Positions 1-8,075 of a stretch of 53,851 bases of DNA are shown piece after piece. A program made the position numbers and the translations under genes. The DNA comes from an uncultured Anaerolineae bacterium (lineage in GTDB: Bacteria > Chloroflexota > Anaerolineae > Fen-1058): positions 1 to 53,851 of the forward strand of contig CAYGWJ010000073.1 in NCBI GenBank assembly GCA_964353405.1, in the 5' to 3' direction. The number at the start of each line of letters is the position of its first letter. Within the stretch, counting starts at the first letter, position 1. The notes beneath the pieces were generated by a model. The model did no database searches. It was not told the DNA's origin and saw nothing but the letters and a program-made list of their open reading frames with translations.

Positions 1-186
1 GCGGCCTGGTATTTGTACGTGTTATTAAAACCGGTGGACAAAAACATAGCTTTACTGTTCCTGTTATTAAACTTGGGTGGGTTTGCTATATGGTGTTTTA
101 GTATGCTTAAAGAGGGTTGGAGCAGTCAGGACTGCGCCCGCCTGCATAGGAGCCATGAGGGCAAAAAAGCGGGGGCAGTCAATTGA
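1..186 (+). pseudogene. Membrane-protein fragment (DUF4386-like), 5' end off-window, apparently cut off by the IS
   Basis: Frame 1 is open from base 1: AAWYLYVLLKPVDKNIALLFLLLNLGGFAIWCFSMLKEGW... It is hydrophobic and resembles the LYxxLKPVNxxLALL segment I remember from DUF4386 proteins. The stop (TGA 184-186) lies inside the IS terminal palindrome. Low-GC stretch. Confidence 0.3.
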
Positions 187-1800
187 CTGCCCCCGCTGAT
201 CCCCGAGGGTAAGGATCGGACGTGCTCTTTAACAACTCAATCGGGTTCGGCCAGTTGCAACCGCAAGCGTTGCAAGAAGCGCAGATTGATCAGGAGATAA
301 ATGAGTGTGTTCTGGTTCGCAATGGCTGGGCCGTTGCGCAGGTGAGGCCGCTCAATGCCCAAGGCAACGGCTTGTGAGTTAATGCGTTCGACGGCGGTGC
401 GTTGCCGATAGACCTGTTTGTACAGTTCGCTGTCACGGTCGAGAGTGTAACGCAAGCGCGCGCCGATACTGGTGGGCATCATGGCCGTGCAGCCTTGCTT
501 CTTGGCGTTGGGATGATGAAGGGGACAGCCTTTCTTTCGGGCGGGTTGCTCACGGAAGGGACACACATACTTGCCGCGCTGATGTTCCACGAGGCAAGTG
601 GTGCGATCGGTGAAGGTGAACTTGAGCGGCATCGCCAAGCCCGCGGCGCACAGGGGCAGGCCGGTGGGATCGAACTGGCGTCCGTGCTCGGAGTAGCCCC
701 CTTTACCCGAAAAAGGCACTGCGGCGAAACCGCCGGCGGGGTCGTTTTCGCAGTAAAAATGGGCATAAACGTACCAGGCATCGAAAGCCGCATCGAACGT
801 CCCGAAGCGCGGCGTGTAGCCCAGCCGCTGCTCGACCTGCGACATCAACGGAAAGAAGTAAGACACATCCCCTCGGTCGAAGGGCTGGGTCAGTTCGGCC
901 AGCACGAACTCGCCCCAGTGTGGAACTTTGGTGACAACGATCCCCGACCCATATCCCCAGTAGAATTCACCGACTTTCGCGCGGGCCGCCGCGATGGGAT
1001 TGTGGGTCGGCGTGGGTTCGGCGCGGGACTGATTGTGGCGGCGCTTGCAGCCGAGACGACAATCGGGATCACTCTTGGGTTGCTTGGTTTTGTCGTAGCG
1101 GTCTTTGACGTAAGCTTTGGGGTTGTTCTCCTTGGCCCAAGCGATCACGTGTTTGGTGTCGAGTGAGATGCACTCGATGAGCAACACACCTTGGGCTGCC
1201 AGTTCCGTCAGGATGAGGCGCACGCTGTCGGCCAGCAGGAATTGGAGCAGGGCATTGGGCAGTTGGCGGAACAGGCGGTTGAGGTGTCGCTGCGTCGGCA
1301 GGCTGGCCTGGGCATTGAAACCCAGAGGCTGATTCGGCGCGGGCACGAGTGGGAAACCCAGCAGCCATATGAAACCGGGATGCTCGCCGAGGAAACGTCT
1401 GAGCTTATAGGTCGACGGAAGGCTCTCGTTGAGTTTGACGAGTTCCGCGGCAATCAGGGCGGTGTACGGTATTGAGACTTGGCCCCAGTTGCGCTGGAGG
1501 TTACGTTCGGGGACGCCATCCCAATCGAGTGGCCCGAACAGTTCCAGGCAGCGCAGAACAGTCAGCGACTCGCTCACACAGGCTGGCAAGTCGAGCGGGT
1601 GGCGCCAGTAGGTGTGCAAAGAGGGCGGTTTTACAGGCGTTTTCGGGGGTAAGAGCGTTTCAGGGAACAGTGGGAGTTGTGCTACACTAGGTTGGTCGGT
1701 CATCGAGTTCTCTCCTTTGCTCAAAAAATGGTTTCGGGACGATTCCATTCTAGACCCAGGCGAGAACCCTGCCAACAGCGGGGTCAGTCATTGACTGGTC
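168..1800 (-). mobile_element. Insertion sequence (~1.6 kb), single DDE transposase, palindromic terminal repeats
   Basis: Left end 168-197 (AGCGGGGGCAGTCAATTGACTGCCCCCGCT) and right end 1777-1800 (AGCGGGGTCAGTCATTGACTGGTC) share the same core. Region 176-197 matches the reverse complement of 1777-1797 at about 19/22. The repeats enclose one transposase ORF. Exact ends uncertain by about 10 bp. Confidence 0.75.
237..1703 (-). CDS. DDE transposase (IS4/IS5-superfamily type, PF01609-like)
   Basis: The 512-aa ORF is trimmed to MTDQPSVAQLPLF (ATG at 1703), preceded by AGGAGAG. Motifs: ISLDTKHV, FDAAFDAWYVY, YRQRTAVERINSQ (Y-x2-R-x3-E). The text ...KENNPKAYVKDRYDKTKQPKSDPDCRLGCKRR... is typical of this transposase type, from memory. 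Confidence 0.85.
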   Translation of the reverse strand: MTDQPSVAQLPLFPETLLPPKTPVKPPSLHTYWRHPLDLPACVSESLTVLRCLELFGPLDWDGVPERNLQRNWGQVSIPYTALIAAELVKLNESLPSTYKLRRFLGEHPGFIWLLGFPLVPAPNQPLGFNAQASLPTQRHLNRLFRQLPNALLQFLLADSVRLILTELAAQGVLLIECISLDTKHVIAWAKENNPKAYVKDRYDKTKQPKSDPDCRLGCKRRHNQSRAEPTPTHNPIAAARAKVGEFYWGYGSGIVVTKVPHWGEFVLAELTQPFDRGDVSYFFPLMSQVEQRLGYTPRFGTFDAAFDAWYVYAHFYCENDPAGGFAAVPFSGKGGYSEHGRQFDPTGLPLCAAGLAMPLKFTFTDRTTCLVEHQRGKYVCPFREQPARKKGCPLHHPNAKKQGCTAMMPTSIGARLRYTLDRDSELYKQVYRQRTAVERINSQAVALGIERPHLRNGPAIANQNTLIYLLINLRFLQRLRLQLAEPD

Positions 1801-2009
1801 CAACCCTCCAGAATGAAATTGAAATTGATGGTTGGCGTATGCTCCGGTATACTACCGCGCAAATTCGAGAAGATAGAAACACATACTTGCCGCAAATTCA
1901 AGAGATGGTTGAACGACTTGGCGGTGTGGAATCCTTAATGTATCCTATTAGAGATGACGAGCCGGGTTTTGGTATTCGCGAAGAACAAGCAGAATATGAT
2001 ATAGACTGA
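1798..2009 (+). pseudogene. C-terminal fragment of a restriction-endonuclease-like (DUF559-type) protein
   Basis: The reading frame right after the IS end reads ...EIEIDGWRMLRYTTAQIREDRNTYLPQIQEMVERL...*. The GW(R/K)xLR(F/Y) tail is typical of DUF559/REase-like C-termini. There is no N-terminal part. Low GC. Confidence 0.3.
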
Positions 2010-2014
2010 AAACT

Positions 2015-2146
2015 ATGTGCTTGCAATTCCTCGCCGCGAAGAAGCGCGAAGCCGAGGCAGACACGACGGCGTGGGAACGGGAGATTGACCAACGGGTGTA
2101 CCCGCTCTACGGCCTGACGCCCGAAGAAATCGCCGTCGTGGGCAGT
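2015..2146 (+). pseudogene. C-terminal fragment of a type II/IIG restriction-modification methyltransferase
   Basis: ...KKREAEADTTAWEREIDQRVYPLYGLTPEEIAVV matches the characteristic (E)IDxxVYxLYGLTxEEIxxV C-terminal tail of Eco57I/TaqI-like RM enzymes. Only about 44 codons remain. Confidence 0.35.
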
Positions 2147-2148
2147 GG

Positions 2149-2277
2149 GAGACATTCGCCCAGGCGCTGCGCAAACACGGCCAAGACCACGACGTGACGA
2201 GGGTTCGGGAGACCGGCTTTGGCCCGCGTTACCAAGTCGAGGGTGAGTTGCAAGTAGGGGAGACTTTCAAGTCTTGA
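2149..2277 (+). pseudogene. C-terminal fragment, DUF6883-like
   Basis: ETFAQALRKHGQDHDVTRVRETGFGPRYQVEGELQVGETFKS* resembles the ...YGxRYxVEGxL... C-terminal half of DUF6883 proteins (memory only). No start or N-terminal half. Confidence 0.25.
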
Positions 2278-2454
2278 CTGGGTTTACGCTTGTCGCAACG
2301 TCTTGCCAAGACTTCGGAAGTCTAGTCCCGCGAATTATTGAGATGATACCTGGATCGCGGCGCGGTTGCGCCGCGGCTCATTACTGCGCCTTGACGTTGG
2401 CAGGCAGAACGTCGGCAACGCGGGTCGGGTGGCGGACAAGATGAAGATGATAGA

Positions 2455-2481
2455 GTAGGTCACGCTTAAAGCGTGACCTAC
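2455..2481. repeat. Perfect 13-bp-arm palindrome GTAGGTCACGCTT-A-AAGCGTGACCTAC
   Basis: Read directly from the sequence. The core AGGTCACGCTT recurs at 45031-45041 in the hairpin behind the duplicated cobT end. Confidence 0.9.
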
Positions 2482-2500
2482 CTGGATTGTAAGTGCAACT

Positions 2501-2800
2501 ATGTTGACGCTTCAACTTTCTCTCGCCACCCGTTACTTGTGGGGGCGCAAACTCGGAACGTTTCTCACCACGCTCGCCATCGTGTTCGGCGTGTGGCTGA
2601 TTTTCGCCATGAACATCCTGATGCCGACGATGCTCAAGGCGTTTCAGGCCAACCTGCTGGCCGCCTCGGGCCAGGTGGACGTGACCATCACGCACAAGAC
2701 GGGCGAGTCGTTCTCGCGCAACCTGGTGAACAAGGTGAGAACGATACAAGGAGGTGCAGACTTGCCCGGTCGGCCTGCGATTCGGCTCGTGCCAAGCTAA
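2501..2800 (+). pseudogene. N-terminal fragment of an FtsX/LolE-type ABC transporter permease
   Basis: MLTLQLSLATRYLWGRKLGTFLTTLAIVFGVWLIFAMNILMPTM... is the canonical N-terminus (RYLxxRKxRxxLTxLAIxxGV) of MacB/FtsX-like permeases, which are 400 aa or longer. Similarity is lost after about aa 80 and the ORF stops at 99 aa. Confidence 0.6.
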
Positions 2801-2957
2801 CCCTATTATCGCCGGGACACCCGATCGTACAACTGTTACAAGAGTATTCTATACAAGGAATTGGAAAAGTTTCCGATTTGATGGAATATGCGAGGTGATT
2901 TGCTATTGTCTCGGAAATGTAGATAATCCAAGTTCGCTTTGACTCGGCTGAGAAACA

Positions 2958-2991
2958 AAAACGTGAAGCGCAATGTTACGCTTCACGTTTT
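2958..2991 (-). terminator. Intrinsic terminator of the dipeptidase gene, embedded in an ACGTGAA/ACGTAAA word array
   Basis: On the minus strand: AAAACGTGAAGCG-taacattg-CGCTTCACGTTTT followed by TGTTTCT. Stem of 9-13 bp. Lies downstream of the stop at 3016. Confidence 0.6.
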
Positions 2992-3015
2992 ACGTTTCAC
3001 GCATCACGCTTCACG

Positions 3016-4086
3016 TCACGGCAAGGCGCGACGCAGAATACGCAGCCAGTTGCCCCCCATGATGGCCTCGATGTCGGCCTCGGCATAGCCCCGCGCCTTG
3101 AGCGCAATAGCCACCTTGGGCATGTCGGCAATTGTGTCCAATTCGGCGGGTGTGGATTCTGCGCCGAACCCGCCGTCGAAATCCGTGCCCAGCGCCACGT
3201 GCTGAGCATCGCCCGCCAACTGGCAGACGTAATCCATCGCACCGGCCACATCCGCCACGGTGACGGCCTCCTTGCGGTCGCCGCGCCGCCATCCTTCGCG
3301 CAGCATGGAATTGATCGGCAGAATGCCCATGACGCCATCGCGCTCAAGTACCGCCTTGATCATGTCATCCGAAAGCTGCCGGTTGCCGGAGACGAGCTTG
3401 CGCGGATTCGAGTGGCTGGCGATGACAGGGCCATCGTAGCGGTCCATCGCCTGCAAGCAGGCCTGCTCGGAAAGATGGCTTACGTCGAGCACCAGGTTGA
3501 AATCCATCATCGTGCGAAGCAACTGAATGCCGTCATCGGTGAGCGGCCCGCCCGACGCATCGCCGCCCGCATAACGCGTGCCCGCCAGCCACGCCGGGCC
3601 GACGATGCGCAGGCCGCGCTCATACCAACGTTCCAGGTCCTGCGGTCTGATGATGGGATCGGCGCCTTCCATCAAAACGACCAGGCCGATTTGTCGCTTC
3701 TCTTCTGGCGCGCCGTCTTTCCACGTCGCCAGCACCGCCTCCAGTTCTTTTTGGTCGCGCACCAATGTAAAGCGCGGATTCTCGTCGGCCAGGCGACCGT
3801 ATACGTCGAGTTGTTCCATCGCCTGGGCATCGGCTTCTTGTGGCGTGGTGTATGCGGCAATGCCCGTTTCGGCGCGATGGGCGGGCATGGCAAACAACGT
3901 GGCAAAGATAACGCCGACGTTGCCCTTCAACCATTCTGGCAGACCCAACATGCAGTCACCCATCGCGACCCTGGCTTGTGCGTTAGCGGCCTCGGCCGCG
4001 CGCGTGTCCTGCGCCGGGCGTGTATAGTCGCGTCCGAATGTGACGACGTTGTAGGCGATGTCTTCGTGACCGTCAACGATCAACAT
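3016..4086 (-). CDS. Membrane (renal-type) dipeptidase, peptidase family M19
   Basis: Trimmed to MLIVDGHEDIAYN (ATG 4086, GGGGA upstream). Also has ...VIASHSNPR..., LSDDMIKAVLERDGVMGI and GTDFDGG, typical of M19. The ORF-track N-terminal extension would read through the tandem repeat. Confidence 0.9.
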   Translation of the reverse strand: MLIVDGHEDIAYNVVTFGRDYTRPAQDTRAAEAANAQARVAMGDCMLGLPEWLKGNVGVIFATLFAMPAHRAETGIAAYTTPQEADAQAMEQLDVYGRLADENPRFTLVRDQKELEAVLATWKDGAPEEKRQIGLVVLMEGADPIIRPQDLERWYERGLRIVGPAWLAGTRYAGGDASGGPLTDDGIQLLRTMMDFNLVLDVSHLSEQACLQAMDRYDGPVIASHSNPRKLVSGNRQLSDDMIKAVLERDGVMGILPINSMLREGWRRGDRKEAVTVADVAGAMDYVCQLAGDAQHVALGTDFDGGFGAESTPAELDTIADMPKVAIALKARGYAEADIEAIMGGNWLRILRRALP

Positions 4087-4137
4087 GGTTTCCCCGTTTG
4101 AGAAAAGACGACCCTCGCGCAGCAGGTCATCCCAGCA

Positions 4138-4215
4138 GGGCAAACACACAGGTTTGCTTATCAGGGCAAACACATAGGTTTGCTTATCAGGTCAAACACA
4201 CAGGTTTGCCCCTAC
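4138..4215. repeat. 3 x 26-bp tandem repeat, each unit a GCAAAC...GTTTGC hairpin
   Basis: Units: 4138-4163 GGGCAAACACACAGGTTTGCTTATCA; 4164-4189 GGGCAAACACATAGGTTTGCTTATCA; 4190-4215 GGTCAAACACACAGGTTTGCCCCTAC. The last unit contains the stop codon of the HAD gene. Confidence 0.9.
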
Positions 4216-4940
4216 CTCCATTGATCCAACACAGCCGGCAATTCGGTCAGGCGACAGATGATCGCGTCCGGTTGAACGCTGCCGGCCGAGCGTCCATCAG
4301 TGGAAATCCACACACCGCGCAGCCCGGCCCGTTGAGCGCCCAGCACGTCAATCTCCGGCGCGTCGCCCACATACACAGCTTCTGCCGGCAAGACGCCCAG
4401 GCGATCCGTCACGTAATGGAACGCGGGCACGTTCGGCTTCCACGCGCCCAGCTCGCACGAAAAGGCCAGCGCGTCAAAAAAGCCAATCAGACCAAAGGTC
4501 TGCAACTCTTGCCGGTGAAACTCGCCCGGCCACGTGGTATTGGACAGCAAGCCGAGACGCAGGCCGCGCTGCTTCAACTCGCTCAACACCTGGCGCGCAC
4601 CTTCCATGGGCGTAATGCCCTGCTCCACGCCCGATGCATAAGCGCGCGCCGCTTGCGCCAGCAGGGTCTCATCCAGCGAGATGCCCAACCGGGCCAACGA
4701 CGCGGCAATGATGTCGGGCAGGCACGCATTCGCGCGGCCGGACATGGCGTCATCCCAACCGCGACGCATCCCATCCCAAACGAGTTCATTCAAATCTGCT
4801 TCCGGCAGAGCGTAGCCGCGCTCGACAAGCAAGTGATACAGCGCAGCGCTGCCGCGCTGTTCCATGGCACGCCAGTCCTTGCCGTTGCTGGTAAAGTCAA
4901 TCAGGGTCCCGCCCAGATCAAAGATCACACCCCGAATCAC
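4212..4940 (-). CDS. HAD-superfamily hydrolase (subfamily IA-like)
   Basis: Motif I VIFDLGGTL, later LLSNT and YVGDAPEIDVLGAQRAG. Start set to GTG 4940 (GAGG 6 nt upstream), because the longer ORF would begin inside the upstream terminator hairpin. Start is uncertain. Confidence 0.8.
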   Translation of the reverse strand: MIRGVIFDLGGTLIDFTSNGKDWRAMEQRGSAALYHLLVERGYALPEADLNELVWDGMRRGWDDAMSGRANACLPDIIAASLARLGISLDETLLAQAARAYASGVEQGITPMEGARQVLSELKQRGLRLGLLSNTTWPGEFHRQELQTFGLIGFFDALAFSCELGAWKPNVPAFHYVTDRLGVLPAEAVYVGDAPEIDVLGAQRAGLRGVWISTDGRSAGSVQPDAIICRLTELPAVLDQWR

Positions 4941-4948
4941 GTTCGCCT

Positions 4949-4979
4949 CAAACAAAAGCAGGCAGACACGAGGTCTGCC
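4949..4979 (-). terminator. Intrinsic terminator after the M42 peptidase gene
   Basis: Minus strand: GGCAGAC-CTCGT-GTCTGCC followed by TGCTTTTGTTTG, immediately after the stop at 4981. Confidence 0.65.
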
Positions 4980-4980
4980 C

Positions 4981-6036
4981 CTACGGCGCGACGAGATACT
5001 CGACAATCAAGCGCGCGGTCGCCAACAAGCTAGCTTGATGCGTGCGCTCGTAAGCATGGCTCGCATCCACGCCGGGGCCAATCAATCCCACACGCAGATC
5101 GCCGCCCGCACGCAACGCGGCCGCGCCATCCGAGTTGTAAGACGGGTACACATCCAGCTTATAGGAGATGTCGGCGTTCTGCGCCAGCTCTACCAGCTTG
5201 CGCCGCATCTCGATATGATACGGCCCGCCAGAATCCTTGACGCAGATGCCGCACGAGAACTCGTCGCTATTCTGACCTTCGCCCACTGCGGCCATGTCCA
5301 CCGCCAGCAGTTCGACGCAATCCGCGGGGATGCCAGCGGACGCGCCGTGGCCCACTTCTTCGAAATTGCTGATGAGCACCGTTGTGCGCTGAGTGGGGAC
5401 CAGCCCGGCCTCGTACATCGCCCTCGCCGCGCCATACAGGCAGGTCACCGAAGCCTTGTCGTCCAGGTGGCGGCTGCGGACAAAGCCGGTGTCCGTCAAC
5501 TCGGCGCGCGGGTCGAGATAGCAAAAGTCGCCCACCTCGATGCCCAGCGCGCGCGTCTCATCCGCCTTGGTCGTGCGCGCGTCGAGGCGCACCTCCATGT
5601 TCTCTTCTTTGCGCTCCAGCGCGCTCACTTCCTTGTCGCCGTGAACATGGACAGATGCTTTGATAGGCAGGATCGTGCCACCCACCGTTGCGCCCGTTGC
5701 GGTGCGAACAAAGCATCTTTCACCTTCGACCGAGTTCCAGGTGTAGCCGCCGATCTGAGTCAGGCGCAGGCGGCCATTCGGCTTGATCCCTTTGACCATC
5801 GCGCCGAGCGTGTCCACGTGCGCCGTCAGCGCGCGAGGGCGCTCGCTCGATTGGCCTTGCCAGGTGGCGATGAGCGCGCCTTTGGCATTGAGCGCAGTCT
5901 CCAGCCCGAGCGTATCGAACGCCCGGCGAACGTAAGCGACGGCTCGCTCCGTGTCGCCCGTGGGGCTAAATATGTTGAGCAGGCCCAGCAAGAACTGGGT
6001 CATATCGGATACGTCAACGTTGTAGGTTGCCATCAA
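4981..6036 (-). CDS. M42-family metallopeptidase (glutamyl aminopeptidase/FrvX-like)
   Basis: 351 aa. LLNIFSPTGDTERAVAYV... at the N-terminus, HVDTLG, SRHLDDKASV, FEEVGHGA, and ...GPGVDASHAYERTH at the C-terminus, all typical of M42. Confidence 0.9.
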   Translation of the reverse strand: MMATYNVDVSDMTQFLLGLLNIFSPTGDTERAVAYVRRAFDTLGLETALNAKGALIATWQGQSSERPRALTAHVDTLGAMVKGIKPNGRLRLTQIGGYTWNSVEGERCFVRTATGATVGGTILPIKASVHVHGDKEVSALERKEENMEVRLDARTTKADETRALGIEVGDFCYLDPRAELTDTGFVRSRHLDDKASVTCLYGAARAMYEAGLVPTQRTTVLISNFEEVGHGASAGIPADCVELLAVDMAAVGEGQNSDEFSCGICVKDSGGPYHIEMRRKLVELAQNADISYKLDVYPSYNSDGAAALRAGGDLRVGLIGPGVDASHAYERTHQASLLATARLIVEYLVAP

Positions 6037-6079
6037 CGACTCCTTTAGAGTTCAACGATCAATGAGAGGCGGGTTGTTC

Positions 6080-6472
6080 TCAAATCGGTTCAACCATGAC
6101 TTCAGGCGCACGCGGCACTCCAAAGCGGTCGTGGCGATGATGATAGCCCAGGCTCAATTTGGCGACGCGGCGACCATGCGCGTCGAGCAAGACGCCCGCA
6201 TACCAGCGCACACGCGAGCCATCCTGCCCCGGCGTCTCGTGCGTCTGCTCAAAAGGCGGCGGGAAGCGACCCTCGAAGCGCAAGCCGAGTGACTTGACTG
6301 TCTGGCGCGTGACGCGGTCAAAGATGCCGCCGGGCCTGCCATAGGCTGAATCGCCCATGCGATCGCGCGACACGGCCCACTCTTCCCACTCGTCTGGAGT
6401 AATAGCTTCATAAGCGCGGGTGAGCGCAACTTGCAGCGCACGCCTGATCTGCTCGACAAGGGGCTCGGCCAT
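6080..6472 (-). CDS. Hypothetical protein
   Basis: 130-aa ORF packed 6 nt downstream of the NUDIX gene on the same strand, with a non-repetitive composition. No motif recognised. Confidence 0.55.
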   Translation of the reverse strand: MAEPLVEQIRRALQVALTRAYEAITPDEWEEWAVSRDRMGDSAYGRPGGIFDRVTRQTVKSLGLRFEGRFPPPFEQTHETPGQDGSRVRWYAGVLLDAHGRRVAKLSLGYHHRHDRFGVPRAPEVMVEPI

Positions 6473-6478
6473 CCTCCC

Positions 6479-7021
6479 TCACTTCCGTCTGTCCGCCTGG
6501 CGCGACTGCAAGGTCAGCAAGCCGATGATGGTCTTGCCGTCGCGAATCTCGCCGCGCTCGACCATCGCCAGCGCATCTTGCCACGCCGTGAGAGTCACTT
6601 CGATGCGCTCATCAGCTTCGAGGCGCGGGCCGCCGGGCGTCAGCCCGGTCGCCAGGTAGACGTGCAACACTTCGTTCGTCGCGCCGGGCGTGGAGTAAAA
6701 ACGGCACAGCGGCTCCAGGCGCGCAGCGCGATAGCCCGTCTCTTCTTCCAGCTCGCGCCCGGCGCAGACCTCCGGCATCTCGCCGGGCTCTAGCATCCCT
6801 GCCGGCAGTTCCCAGATCGTCTCGCCCACCGCGTAGCGATACTGGCGAATCAACAGCACACGGCTCGCATCGTCCAACGCCAGAATGGCCACGCCGCCGT
6901 GAAACTCGACGACCTCGCGGATAGCCTCGCCTCCACCCGGCAACACAGCGCGGTCAACCCGCAGGTTGAGAATCTTGCCTTCATAGACGCGGCGGCTGGA
7001 TAGCCTTGTCTCTGCTTCCAA
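6479..7021 (-). CDS. NUDIX hydrolase (ADP-ribose pyrophosphatase-like)
   Basis: Complete Nudix box GMLEPGEMPEVCAGRELEEETGY (G-x5-E-x7-REUxEExGU). Confidence 0.9.
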   Translation of the reverse strand: MEAETRLSSRRVYEGKILNLRVDRAVLPGGGEAIREVVEFHGGVAILALDDASRVLLIRQYRYAVGETIWELPAGMLEPGEMPEVCAGRELEEETGYRAARLEPLCRFYSTPGATNEVLHVYLATGLTPGGPRLEADERIEVTLTAWQDALAMVERGEIRDGKTIIGLLTLQSRQADRRK

Positions 7022-7095
7022 TCAACCCATCCTTTTCCGAACGAAAAGGCTACCAGGGAATGCCTGATAGCCTTGAACGTCAAGACTCGGAGTCA

Positions 7096-7734
7096 TTACG
7101 GAATCACGAGCCTCTGACCCACAAAGATAAAGTTGATATTGACCAGATAGTTGGCATTGGCGATGGCCATGACCGTCTTGCCATGCCGGCGGGCAATCGA
7201 ATACAGCGTGTCGCCCGGCTGGACAACATAGACATTGCCTCCCCCTCCGGGTAGAGTGCCACCCGCCTGGATGATCAAGGGCTGGCCCACGTGGAGCGCA
7301 TAGGGCGGGCGAAGGCCATTGGCCTCAATAATAGAATGGGGGCTCACGTTGAACTTGCGCGCGATATTATAGACCCAGTCGCCGGCTTGGACCGTGTAGG
7401 TAACCGGCACTCCCAACGCGACCGGGGCTGCCACCGACTCGGCCGTCGGCGCGGTTACTGGCACCGGCGCACTGGTTGCCACTGGCACGGGCGCGGGGGC
7501 ACTCGTTGCGGCGGGTGCACCCCCTGCTGCGGGTGTGGGCTGGGGTGCGCCCGGTGCTGCCGAGGTCGTGCCCACGGCGGCAGCGGTGGCAATCACCTGG
7601 GTCGGCATGCCAACCACGGTGGGCTGCCCCAGCGGCTTGGGCAGAGGCCCGGTGGACATGGGTCGGTTGCAGCCGGAAGCCAAAATGACCACGGCTGCCA
7701 CAGCCAGGAATACTACGATGCGTCGGTTCATCAA
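7096..7734 (-). CDS. Lipoprotein with two LysM peptidoglycan-binding domains
   Basis: Signal peptide plus lipobox (VVILASGC), an Ala/Pro-rich linker, and two LysM repeats (YTVQAGDWVYNIARKFNV..., YVVQPGDTLYSIARRHGK...). Confidence 0.85.
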   Translation of the reverse strand: MMNRRIVVFLAVAAVVILASGCNRPMSTGPLPKPLGQPTVVGMPTQVIATAAAVGTTSAAPGAPQPTPAAGGAPAATSAPAPVPVATSAPVPVTAPTAESVAAPVALGVPVTYTVQAGDWVYNIARKFNVSPHSIIEANGLRPPYALHVGQPLIIQAGGTLPGGGGNVYVVQPGDTLYSIARRHGKTVMAIANANYLVNINFIFVGQRLVIP

Positions 7735-7855
7735 CTGCCTCCTTGTTTAGCCAGAACACTATGAGGGGCAAAGCACCTAGAGAATATCACACTTCATTCC
7801 CACAGTCAAATGCAAGTGGGCAGCACGGGTGCTCCCAATTACACAGAAAAAACTG

Positions 7856-7883
7856 TTGACACCGCACGTATCGGTGCTACAAT
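7856..7883 (+). promoter_or_regulatory. Near-consensus sigma-70-type promoter facing the histidine-kinase gene
   Basis: TTGACA (7856-7861), 16-nt spacer, TACAAT (7878-7883). It lies about 190 nt upstream of ATG 8076. Confidence 0.4.
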
Positions 7884-8075
7884 GTATATGCTCATATGAT
7901 TCCTGCCCCACCAGCCTCGTTCGACAGGGGAACGTTCAATGCGCATCGTTTTCGCCGGCCATGCAAAGAATCATTCGACAATGAGTAATCGCCTGACCCC
8001 CTTGCGCGCATGTGCGCGGGCGGCGGTCGATGTTTTGCTTAAAGGGCCGATTTTTGCTTTCCAGAGGCAGCGGAT

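Noticed and set aside
2381-2749. 122-aa minus-strand ORF
   Set aside because: It overlaps the FtsX-permease N-terminal fragment in antisense and reads through the 2455-2481 palindrome. No motifs.
4138-4215. Possible CRISPR array
   Set aside because: The three 26-bp units are contiguous with no spacers, there are only three copies, and no cas genes are in the window. It is a tandem repeat, not a CRISPR array.
4098-6048. Plus-strand ORFs 4098-5033 and 4864-6048 (311 and 394 aa)
   Set aside because: They are antisense to the HAD and M42 peptidase genes, which have clear catalytic motifs. The plus-strand translations are Arg/Ala/Gln-rich with no motifs.
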